In this document: positions 1 through 11,345 of the stretch, one piece after another
Position numbering within the stretch: position 1 is the stretch's first letter
Layout: each line of letters opens with the position of its first letter
From: Chrysomallon squamiferum
Lineage: Eukaryota; Animalia; Mollusca
DNA: 64,000 nucleotides
Direction of reading: 5' to 3'
NCBI GenBank assembly: GCA_012295275.1
Contig: CM022669.1
Span: 1,674,001-1,738,000, forward strand
Notes under the pieces: model-generated
What the model saw: only the letters and a program-made list of their open reading frames with translations
What the model was told of the DNA's origin: nothing
Databases searched by the model: none
Made by a program: the position numbers and the translations under genes

Positions 1-835
1 TTAAACAGCAATTTATGTCAAAACAACAAATACTGTATGTGCTTTGGGAACAGATATGAAAAAACAATGTGTCTGAATCTATGCCCAAAAGAAATTTATT
101 TTCAATTCACTTTTTTGTAATAGAAAATAATGAATGAATAAAGGCAAATATTTTCATCTGCATATTATTTTCATGCCTGGATAGAAAGTAACACACAAGT
201 AACTGATGTTAGTGGAAATCAGGTTACTTTGTTATAATTTAAAGTAGGACCAATTCTCACATACAATATTAGGTCCATCAGAATGGTTATTATTTTTTAA
301 TGTATGCACAAATATACAAATATATAAACACAAAATATACATTCATAAATGTTTTAACCCTTAAATCTATTCCTGTACAATCAACATAAGCAAAACTCTT
401 GTCAAACCTATTTTGATTACACAATGGACGTTTGTTAGTGAAATGCATTCAAGAGAAGGTTCAGCAAAGTGCATAAAACTACTCACTAAGAATTTACATT
501 GGCATCAGTGTGGCAAATTAAGATAACTTAAAACTGGCCTATGGATCATAATGCTGGGTATATTATAGAGACATCTTGATTTTAAAACACTAGTTTCTAA
601 CAGAAATTCAGGAAGTTTGTATTATAAACAAGAACAAAAGCTTAATTAACCTCATTTCAGCTAAAATGAAGGACAGTTTATGTCAGTCAAGGTGGTTGGT
701 TTATAAAGCTTCTTAAATATAAATCAGGGAACTTTCATGTTAGTATGAGGATTAAGAGTTTTGAGGCTGCAGGCAAAATACTGGGGGTTGTCTAGGCAGA
801 GAATTAAAACAAAAACAAAAATATTTAGAACTCAC

Positions 836-874
836 CTGTTTTTGTAACTTCTTTGTATCTTGGAAAGGTGAAAG
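836..874 (-). CDS. Candidate 39-nt microexon D, (A/S)FTFPRYKEVTKT
   Basis: Consensus CAG|gtgagt donor, ttgccag acceptor, phase 1-1 and stop-free. No homology recognised. Confidence 0.35.
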
Positions 875-1951
875 CTGGCAATGTGATGCCAGTAAAAGGA
901 CAATAAAAGCATCAAGAGATTTATTTTTATTTTATCCTATATTATTATTTTTACTCAGATGGCCTAAACTGAATCATGCTGTTTCATACAAGTCATAATG
1001 AGTGAAATATTGTAACACTGAATTAAAAACATAAATAAATCAACAATAATAATAATAGCCATTAAATCTAATTTAGTTTTATATATTATAAAAATATAAA
1101 AAAAAAAAAGAAAAAAAAAGGTAGGTTATATATATCTATATATATATATATATATACTAATTTGAATAAAAATAATAACTGATACTAAAATTTAAAATAA
1201 AAATAAAAAATAAATAAAATAATAGATTTAGTACAACATACAGTATAATTTGATGACATATTTTATTACTGAGAATATAAAACTATATGATATACAATAA
1301 GAAATTTATATGTAACTTACATCATATTAACAATGAAATTAATATCAATGAAATTAACATTTAACATGTTCATATCAGCAACTCTAAATACTTGTTACTA
1401 ACAGATTATCTTACTCTTATATATATATATAAAAATGTAAGTTACACAAATACCCGTGCATGATCAAAAATTTTTTTATAAAAAGATTTACATTTTTTTT
1501 TTGAAGTTTATGAATAGTAAAAAAAAAAAAAAAAAAGAAAAATTATAATAAAAAAGAAAATTAAAAATAAATTTAAGATGATTTTTGATTATGAAAAGCT
1601 CGACTAGAAATGATTTGACATTAGTGATAACAAATTATTTAAATATTATTATACTTTTTCTTAATACAACAGTGATTTATATTCTTTTTTTTCTTGTTAT
1701 TTTCAGTGAACTTACAGTAGAAAAATTAAAAATTGAAAATTTTTACAAAAATAAATTGAAAACACAATTAAAATCTATTAATATAATAACTATATGGATT
1801 GTCTATCATAATTATTAAAAAAATATTTGAATTTATAAATGATCAAAATATAAAAATACAATAATAATAATAAGAAAACGATGTAATTTGGTAAATGGAC
1901 AAAAATTATAAGAAATGAAGATATATAAATATTACATATTTCAAAACAAGG

Positions 1952-1953
1952 AA

Positions 1954-2008
<55 letters not shown>

Positions 2009-2009
2009 A
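1952..2009. repeat. (AAAT)n microsatellite
   Basis: Direct reading. Confidence 0.9.
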
Positions 2010-4250
2010 ATGAAATGAAATGAAATAAAAGAAAAGAAAAGAAATTATTTTTGATTAAAATTTTAAAAACTGTATTGTGTCAAATTGTGGGGCTTATTAA
2101 GTGATACAAATTATTAAAAAAGTGATAATAAAATAAAATAAAATAAGTAATTTTATAAGACATCATAATGTTTTATATATTTTCATGATTGGTAATAAAT
2201 AATACAAACCATTTTGTTTCATTAAAAAATCTTAATTATTAAAGAAAAAACTATTAAATGTATATTCTGGGTTTATGTATTTAATACTTTTTAAAAAAAC
2301 AAGAAAGAGGAAAATAAAAAGAAGAAAAGAAAGAAATTATCTGTCATAATTAAATACAAGCAACTAGTCTTCAAACAAATTGCAGCAGATTCAAAACAGC
2401 ATTTGCTAGAGTAATGAAAGCAAGACTAAAGAGGTTCATCTTGATAAATTATGTTTTATATCAGCAGTTTAAATATGAAACTGATTTAATTTAATGTAGT
2501 AACATATTAATTTATGTAATTAAATACTCAGTAGCAAATAGATCTATTTCAATGTGTGTAAAAAAAATTTATGTAATTAGAATTAACATAAAAAACATTT
2601 TTGGAAAGGACTTCACACAAAAGAAAAATGTCAGATGAGTAAAAAATTAGGTGGTTAGTGGGTTTGTGATTTCATTTGTTCTTACAAATGCCATCACTTA
2701 GTTCATAAAACTAACTCAAGTTATATAGTCAATTTTAATTTTAATTTTTGTGTTATTTTCAATTAAAAGGATATTTGTCCCTATTTTAAAGCAGAATTAA
2801 AAAAAACAAGAAAAAAGTCTTCGTCATAGTAAATAAAATAATAAATAAATGAATAAATAAATATGTGCTACCATCACATCTGAAATGTCTTAAATTAGAT
2901 TTAATAACTTAATCACAATACATGTATAAATGTAATGAGAAGAATTACAATATTTTCCTCAAATATAGTTTCCTACAACATATGAAGGTTATGATACAAA
3001 CTGTTTATGAAAATATTTACAAATATATTATGCTTTTTTTCTTTTAATGCCCAGTACAAAATATGCCCTATAGTAGTAATTACATAAATATCTAAAACTT
3101 GAAAACTTGAAAACTTAAAATAAATACATTTGGAAAATTAAATTAAACACTGCCTTTATAATTAGCAACTGTTAATTTTTTTTAATTAAAATTGCTCAAA
3201 TGTAATCACTGAGGTTTTCTTTTTGAATACAGAGACTAAATAAGTAGCCATTTTAGTTCAGTACATTAATATTTAATTTTTCTTAAAGTCTCATAAATCC
3301 ACTAGTTTTATTTATTTATAATTTAAAGGAACAAAAATGAATTTAGAGCTGAAAATTAATGAATTTTCACAAAAACATGCACTTCACAACAAAATGTGCA
3401 GTTATTTCCCCTGGATTAAATTTTCAATTTATTATTATTATTATTTATTAATTAATTAAATTTTAATTTATTCAGATAAAAAGCTCAGTGACACAGTCAA
3501 GTAGAGGTTTCTGAGGTCAAATACTGGCTTTTATTCAAAGTTATCTGTGTAAATGTAAAGCTGATCCTGCAACAATATTTCAAATCCAGTCTCCTTTATT
3601 ATTTGTCCAAAACATATTCTTGTATCTTAAAGGATTTAATCACATTTCAAATGACAGACATATATATGTGTGTTTGTAGGTATGTCTGATGTCAGTGACT
3701 ATGAATTATAAAAATATTCACACATATTTTAGACAAAAGTAATACAGTATTTATTATCAAAGAAAAGAATATACAATTTAAATACAATTTTCATATGTGT
3801 TAATTACATAAATTGGAGTAGTATGTCATAATACAGTGTGACTAAAATTATTATAAAATAAATGAAACATATTGTCATCTGTGTTAAAAAAAATAAAACA
3901 GTGTACTTGGTTTCATATAACATTTCATAAAAATGCACACACATACAAATGTATACAAATATATTCATAAATGAAAAGAAATATCAATGTTGAAATACAC
4001 TTTAAAAACAAGCCAAAATACATTATTATGAGAAAAATACTAAATGTTTCAGTCCAAAGACATCTGTCTGTAGTATGATTCAGAATTTAAAAAACCCAGA
4101 CACCAGTTCAAAAGTAGCTTGCACAGCAATGTTCCAAGTTGCTGAATGTAATTTTTAACATTGGTTTAATGTGACAATAATTAGTCACAAAAAGACGTGA
4201 GATTCAATCCTGACAGTCTTCAGGCTTAACTCAAGGGTAATCAGATAATC

Positions 4251-4327
4251 ATTCAAAACTTTCTTAATTCTTAATCTAGCACAAATTAAAAACATTCTTA
4301 ATTCTTAATCTAGTACAAATTCAAAAC
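4251..4327. repeat. 34-bp tandem duplication
   Basis: att(c/a)aaaac(t/a)ttcttaattcttaatctag(c/t)acaa twice, plus a partial third unit. Confidence 0.85.
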
Positions 4328-5086
4328 CTGACTAAAGATTAAATATGAATCAAAAGCCCATTCTGACACTAAGTGAAAAGAAAGTCTTAATGCTGATTAC
4401 AGACTTAAAGGCCAGACTTAAATTCAAATTAAAAGTAAGACCCAGAAATCATTTCTGATTTAAAAATAAATCTTATTATCAATACACATTTGTGATATTA
4501 ACTCAAAAATGTATCAGACCAGTCTTAACACTACTCAGAGGCTAAAGAAATGCTGATGGCTGGTGCTTCACTGATCCAAAATAAAATGAATTGCTTTACT
4601 GATCAAAATATAATCAGAGATTCATACTGATATCCATTAGAAGATATCCTAATGGATTTCAGATATCAAGTGGACTTTTTTCTAATCTTTTTGATGACTC
4701 AAATCTAATGTTTTAAAACCTGTACAGAAGTTATGGATTGTTATTTTAAAAACTTAATTTATTTTAAAATTGTTTAATTTACAATGTTAAGTTCATATCT
4801 TAGTACAAACTTAAACATTACAAAAACAAAAAACAAAAAAAACAAAAATGAAAAAAGAAAAGAAAGTCTAAAATCAAGTTAAAAAGATATATTAGAACAT
4901 AGAATTATAAATTATAAATATTATTGAACCTCTTGTTTATATACATAAGTATGTACATACATAAATACACAGAGGAACCAAAACCCACCAATTACATTGT
5001 CAAATTATGTCAGGAAAATCCTGGAATGTAAATACCAAAAAAGTCAAAGAAACATCCCCCAAAAATGAAAGGAATCAGACACAAAC

Positions 5087-5218
5087 CTATGCATATCCCA
5101 TTTGACGTGACACCAGCACAGGTGAATGTAGGACCATTGTTTGAAGGTGGGGTGATGTTCTGCTTCAGTGGATGTGCAGCAGTTCCCATGACAACGAGAG
5201 TCCATTCTTTGAGTTCAG
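5087..5218 (-). CDS. furin: Alternative exon C: second version of the last P-domain strand, probably leading into the Cys-rich region
   Basis: ttccatag|CT...ATAG|gtttgt, 132 nt, phase 1-1. ELKEWTLVVMGTAAHPLKQNITPPSNNGPTFTCAGVTSNGICI. Confidence 0.85.
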
Positions 5219-6858
5219 CTATGGAAGAGATCAAAATGAAAATTTACTGTAATCCAACATGATGTTTGGATTAATACAATAAGAAGATCAATATTTGTAA
5301 TATAATAAGAAAACAGATGAAATGATTTTATAAATATGAAAGACACCTTACAAAATAGCCGATGAACAAATATTTTGATAATTTTGTTTTCAAAATTCTT
5401 GCAATGTGTTTATTTTAAGTCTAAATCCAAATTAATTCATAAATCTTCACTATCATCATTCTGAAATTAAATTTTTATTAAAAGAAAACATTATCTCAAA
5501 ACTGAATCCTTTACTGAACCACAATAATTATTTTTGTTTTATAAGAGCTTTTAGTTAAGCATATGGACAGCTTAACACTGAATAATAAAAAGCTTTAGAT
5601 TTTTACAGATGAAGGTAGAAGAAAAAGCAGAACAGAAATTGTACTAAGTAAGTTTTATCTGAAAATAAGTATTTAAACATAAAGTTAACAAAAGTGAAAG
5701 CTTTGTAAAATGTATATTGTTTAAAGACAATGAAATAATCCTAATCATATCATTATCTAAAATGTTGCCCCAAAATCACCATACATCAGTAATAAATGAC
5801 AGTATATACATTTTGTTTCTTTGTTTTTTTACTCTCCAATATGATGTTGACAGGCCTTTTGACAATCAGTTTGGTGGTTTTTAGTTATTGGTGGGTTGCA
5901 TCCACTGGTTATTTCATGGTAAATTAGTGATGTTAAATGGGGTAGGTTACAATTAGCATGTCAGGCACTAGGGCAACATTCTCTACACAAAGATAGTAAA
6001 ATATAAACATAGTGAGGACATTGCACACACAAATATACAAATACAGAAAGACATACACATACACACAAATATAAAAAGTAAATCAAGTATGTAAGAAAAT
6101 ATGTAACTAAATAAGAAAAGTAATATGTCCAGATTACACCTTAATTTTGGAAGACATGAAATGTAAGATTATACACAAATAGTGAACAGATTTATTTATT
6201 TTGTAGATCATTTAACAAAAATCACTTATCTAGACTATAAAGCATGAGATTAAAATTAGTAGTAATACAATTATTTAATAACCTGCTCTGTACTTAATTC
6301 TGTATTGTATTGTACTGTATTTATCATGTATGGATTTATGTATATAATAGTATTTAAATAAAATATATAAAAATTAACTATCATACTTAAATACAAATGA
6401 CATCAGCATTTGATACATTAATAATCTAACACTAAAGAGTTTCATCTTGACTGTTTATTTAGTCAAAAGCAAATTAAATCTATTTCAATGTGTTATTTAT
6501 TATCTAATCAAAATTAGGTACCATAACAATTTTTTCAGTAATTAGTGAAAGTTATGAAATTAATTTAATTTAAATATATTTATTTATAAATTAATGTAAA
6601 AAATTATATTCTGAGAAATGCAGACAGATAAATATTTAGTTATTATCTTCTTTTCACTGATATCATTTTATTTTCCCTCAAAACAGGATTTCTAAATTTA
6701 AAAAAAAAAGGAAAATGAAAGAAAGACTGATAAAAACAAATAAAACAAGAATAATAATTAAAAAAACCTCTCCTTTTTATAAAACAATAGCTACATAGTT
6801 AATTTTTGACATCAGATATACCTACAAACACACATCAAATACAAAGACTTATACAAAT

Positions 6859-6900
<42 letters not shown>

Positions 6901-7285
6901 TATATACAAACTTGTATATACAATTCAATTCATAGAAAATACAGACATATATGTATTTATGTTATATCCAAAATGAATCCTATAAATTCAAAAAGAAGGT
7001 TTATAATGTTTGCTAATTAAATCTTTTTAATTGTTTGTTGTTGTGTTTTTGATGAATATAGAAAATAAATAATAATAAAAAAAACTTAGTGTTGAATTTT
7101 CCATCTTACAAGGCAAGACTAAAAAAAGAAAGAAAAAACACTCTATGATGAACAAATAAACTAAAGAAAAAAAGAAAATAAATAAACAAAGAAAAATATG
7201 AGATGTTTAAAACATTCCCTGATGAATGTACAAGCTAAGTAAATAAATAAACAACTACTGAAGTCGTTAAAGGCGAGATTCTTAC

Positions 7286-7327
7286 AGCATTCTTTGATGA
7301 ATCGTTTGCGCCGATGTCCCTTTCGTT
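7286..7327 (-). CDS. Candidate 42-nt cassette exon B, (E)RKGHRRKRFIKEC. Could instead be terminal, reading to the stop at 7161.
   Basis: Pyrimidine-rich tract plus cattcag acceptor, gtaaga donor, phase 1-1, stop-free, and a local CpG cluster in otherwise CpG-poor DNA. Confidence 0.55.
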
Positions 7328-9732
7328 CTGAATGGCAGATTGAAAGTGATAAAAAAGTAAGTTCTAAGTGCATAACAGAGACTGAGAGACAGAAAGAAAG
7401 TTGTAAATATACATATTGTAACCAGACTGGCTATTCCACACTGCATTTTTTGTTTTTAGAACTGTCACTTAGAAACCAGCATAAACACTATATAACTGAT
7501 CAAGACAAATTAACCTTTCTTTGATTTGAGGCAATGTTATTCCTTATTTTAACAAAACTGTACATAACATGACATAATACTTGCTCAGTGCTTTAGGTAA
7601 CTTTTTGCATTATCTGACACTAACTGACAATTTCAAGTTGGAAACTCTTATGAAAGCTCAAAAGTATATTACCACTGATATATCAAGACAGTTTTCTTGT
7701 TAATATAATATCAATGTAATCATATCAATTCCAGAAAAAAACAATACCTGATAGTTACACTTTTTAGCTAGGAACAGCTAGTGACATCAACATAAACAGA
7801 ATATTCACTCAAGCAGGTTTAACACAAAAAGGTATACAACACATACATAAAGTTTGACCTTACAGTGTTGAACTATCTTGAGTCACTATTCTGCTAATAT
7901 TTATATCACTAACTCAAATGTGTAACTATATTTTTTTTTCCTGTTTTTTTTATATATATATGTATATAATACACACATAAAACACCCATGCATGCACAAA
8001 TTCACACACACACAGACACACACACACAGTCAAACAATGAATATTCTGATTGAGTTGTTTTTCTAAATGGATGGATGAAAGGACAGATGGATGGCTAAAG
8101 GGATGCACAATAAATGCAATAACAAAAGAAAACAGAAGAATGTTAAAGTGATTGAAGGAAGGAAAAATAGAATAATGAAAGTAGGAAATAAAAACTTCTG
8201 TATGAATAGTGAGGAAAATGTATAAAATGAACTTAAATCAGAAATGGATGGATGGATATATATAAATCTAAAATTAGACACTTTGTGGATTGTTGAAGAT
8301 AATGAAGGAATGAATGAAATGAATGATTGAATGAAATAATGAATGAATGAATATAATAAATTAATTCAGAGGAACTAAAGTAAAATAAATGTTTAAATGG
8401 ATGAACAGATGAAAGGATGATAATTAAACAAAAAAACCACATGAATATTTTTAAATTATAGATTTTGCTGTAGAACTACTATTATTTACAGTAGACTTTA
8501 TTTTAAGCTTGCTATTTTAAGTGTCTAGATATATTAACTAATCTTTATTTTATTTTTTTAGTTTTTTTTTTAAAGAGATTTAAAAGTCTTGTATTGTGGA
8601 ATACTCAGTCTGTATCAATTTTTATCTTCTTTATATCTTTTAGCCCCTCAAAATCATTATTATTTACAGAAGAAATATTTACTGATATGCAAAAGATTTT
8701 AAAATAAAATAAAATGTAAGCAGGTTCAAAGAAAGTTGTATTTTGAGAGATGAATTTATAAATTTTCTTTTTTACTTATTAATAATTACTTTATGTACAT
8801 GTATGCATACCTGCCATTAGTTTCAGTAACATGCATAATATTCAACAGTTTGCACCAGAATGTTAAAATTAGTACATAAAATTAAAATAATTAGTATTAA
8901 TTATTTTCTTCAAATAAAAACAGAACATAAAAGCATATTTTCCTAAGCAACACAATGTATTTACATGTACTATTTTGTATTCACTATGTTACCAGAGCAT
9001 ACAATACAAAAAGACATGCAATGGTTAAGGTTAATTAAAACGACTTTAAATGTTATTAATGTATTACATTCTCCTAAAAACAAGAATAAGAAAATTTATA
9101 ATGAAATTTTGATTAAAAAAAATAATAATAAATAAAAAATTAAATAAATCCATCAAATCATGTTTTTAAAAGTTACTTAAATAAATATAAATAACATAAA
9201 TGTTTTATATATATATATATATATACACACATACATACATACATACATATGTACATATATATTTTACACAGAAGGTATCAATTTCCATACAGAGAAATAA
9301 AAAGAGAAAAAAAACAGAAAAACAAAGAAGATAATAATCAAAATAAAATAAATAATAAATAAATATGAATTATTTAATCATGCAAAAAAATTAAATATAT
9401 TTATCATAACTTTTACACTCTTACATTCTTACATTCTGCTATAGTTTCAGTAAATAAGAAAGACAGGAAAGAAAACAAAAGAAAGAATAACAGAAGCAAT
9501 CAGCACAATGCAAATATAAAATAAACTTCTACAGTTAAACATCTGAAGAAATAAATTTCAACCTGTCACATGCACATATATCAGGCAAGAAGAAAATAAT
9601 AAGAAACTAATCAGAAGGGAACAAACCTATGAACAGAAAACAGCTAATCAAACATCAGCAGAAAAAAGATGTGCCTTTAAGGCATCCAGTCAGCATGAGC
9701 AAAACAGAAGAGAGCAGCCAAAGGAAAAGCAT

Positions 9733-10232
9733 TTAATAACAAAACAGGTGGTAACTATGGAGACCTGACAACATCAACACAGAAATCTTGCCTGCCGTGA
9801 GGTTTGGACGAACCATCCGTATGAACTGCTGAGCCGAAAGGTTGGATTTTTTGGCAAGAGTTTCATAGACGCACATGTGTGCTTCGTGGTGGAAGCGGTG
9901 CGATTTGTGGCGGGTATTGGTTGATGATTTTGAGGCATGATACTTGTAATAGGGATCCAGAAAGTTGGGGTAATATGCTTTCGACCCCTGCTTACGGTTC
10001 TTGTAAGGACGACTTGTTGTTGTGGCTTTGTAGAAAGATGTGATAGCATTGTAGAAATAGGTTGAAGTGGCCATTGGGGGTTTGTAGAAGTTACGGTTGA
10101 CATTCCGGGGAGGTTTTGCTGCCACACCTCTACTGTAAGTGCTGCGGGTTCTAGTTGTACCCACAGATTTCCGAGGATGCCTATCAGTCCCATACAAAAC
10201 TAATACCCAGTCTCTCAAGCTAACTGAAGGAG
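9733..10232 (-). CDS. furin: Alternative exon A: last P-domain strand plus a basic, Ser/Thr/Tyr-rich tail. Ends at the stop at 9733 or at a candidate GC donor after 9792.
   Basis: tttacag|CT, phase 1, in frame with the 15063 exon. Begins PSVSLRDWVLVLYGTDRHP (L..W.L.LYGT P-domain end). Long open frame, CpG-rich compared with its flanks. Confidence 0.85.
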
Positions 10233-11259
10233 CTGTAAACAGAACAAAGGGACAGTAGTTGAGGCTACATGGTCAAAAATAAAGATGTCACCACTGAAGT
10301 TCACCATAAATCTAATATAAAAAATAAAAGAAATCAAATTGCTTTTGTTGAACTGTCTCTAAAATAGAAGAAAAAAAAAAAATATATATAAAATTAATTA
10401 AACAATTCTTTATGATGTTTGAAATTTATTTGTACGTTTGCAAATATATATATATTTAACTGAAGTAAAAAAAATAAATAAATAATAAAATAATAATAAT
10501 AATAATATATAATATAAAATAACTGTACAAAATGTCTTTTTCACTGACTAGAAAAATCATATACAAATAACTGCTGATATGAATTCAAAATACTTTAATA
10601 AAACTGAAAATTACACAAAATATCTAAACTGTCATCATAAATAAGAAAATATTTATCAGCCCTGATTTATAATGCAAAATGTATAACATTTAACATCAGA
10701 CAGTTCAAAAAGCTAATACATTAGTACATTAAAGTCAGTCATAAGAAAATATTGATTTCTTCTTAGTTATTTTCTCTCCAGTCCACACTGCAATTAATAT
10801 ATTTACACGTATTTAAAATATATTCAGAATAATAAAGTTAAAAATATTAATATAAATAACAACAACAGACAAAATGGCATTTATTATTATTATTATCATT
10901 ATTATTATTTTCAAGATAAATTAAATTTAAAAAGGTGTAACAATATGTCCATAGAATGCTTATAATAATATAACTTTATTTTTATTACTATAGTTAATGC
11001 TTTTCATTGTTATTATTTTATTTTCAATATTTTATTTATTTATTTATTTTAATTTATCCATGATGAACAATGATATGAAATAAAAATACTAAATCTTTTC
11101 AGTTATGTATCATTGTGGTTTTAATTATTTATTAATTAAAAAAGCGATTTTATTTTATACTGTAGAAAACATTTCCTTAGATATTTTACTTTGTGTTTGT
11201 GTATGTGTGTATATATGTTATACACACACAGTCACACACAAACACACATATATACGTAA

Positions 11260-11323
<64 letters not shown>

Positions 11324-11345
11324 GTAATAATAATAATATAAATAA
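11260..11345. repeat. (AAT)n microsatellite
   Basis: Direct reading. It produces the poly-Ile ORF artefact. Confidence 0.95.

Noticed and set aside
4627-4662. 14-bp imperfect hairpin
   Set aside because: Short, AT-rich and within probable repeat-derived DNA, with no supporting signal.
5010-5086. Hydrophobic read-through tail after exon C (GLCLIPFIFGGCFFDFFG...) as a membrane anchor
   Set aside because: It follows a usable phase-1 donor and T-rich intron DNA translates hydrophobic by default. It cannot be excluded without transcripts.
9774-10193. Second 139-aa ORF overlapping exon A in the +1 frame (dual coding?)
   Set aside because: +1-frame stops require NTA/NTG codons (Leu, Ile, Val, Met), which are scarce in the main frame, so the open frame is explained by composition. 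It also lacks the P-domain strand.
11105-11341. Poly-Ile, HT-, CV- and ER-repeat ORFs (also 43307, 48806, 59542, 63110)
   Set aside because: Translations of microsatellites.
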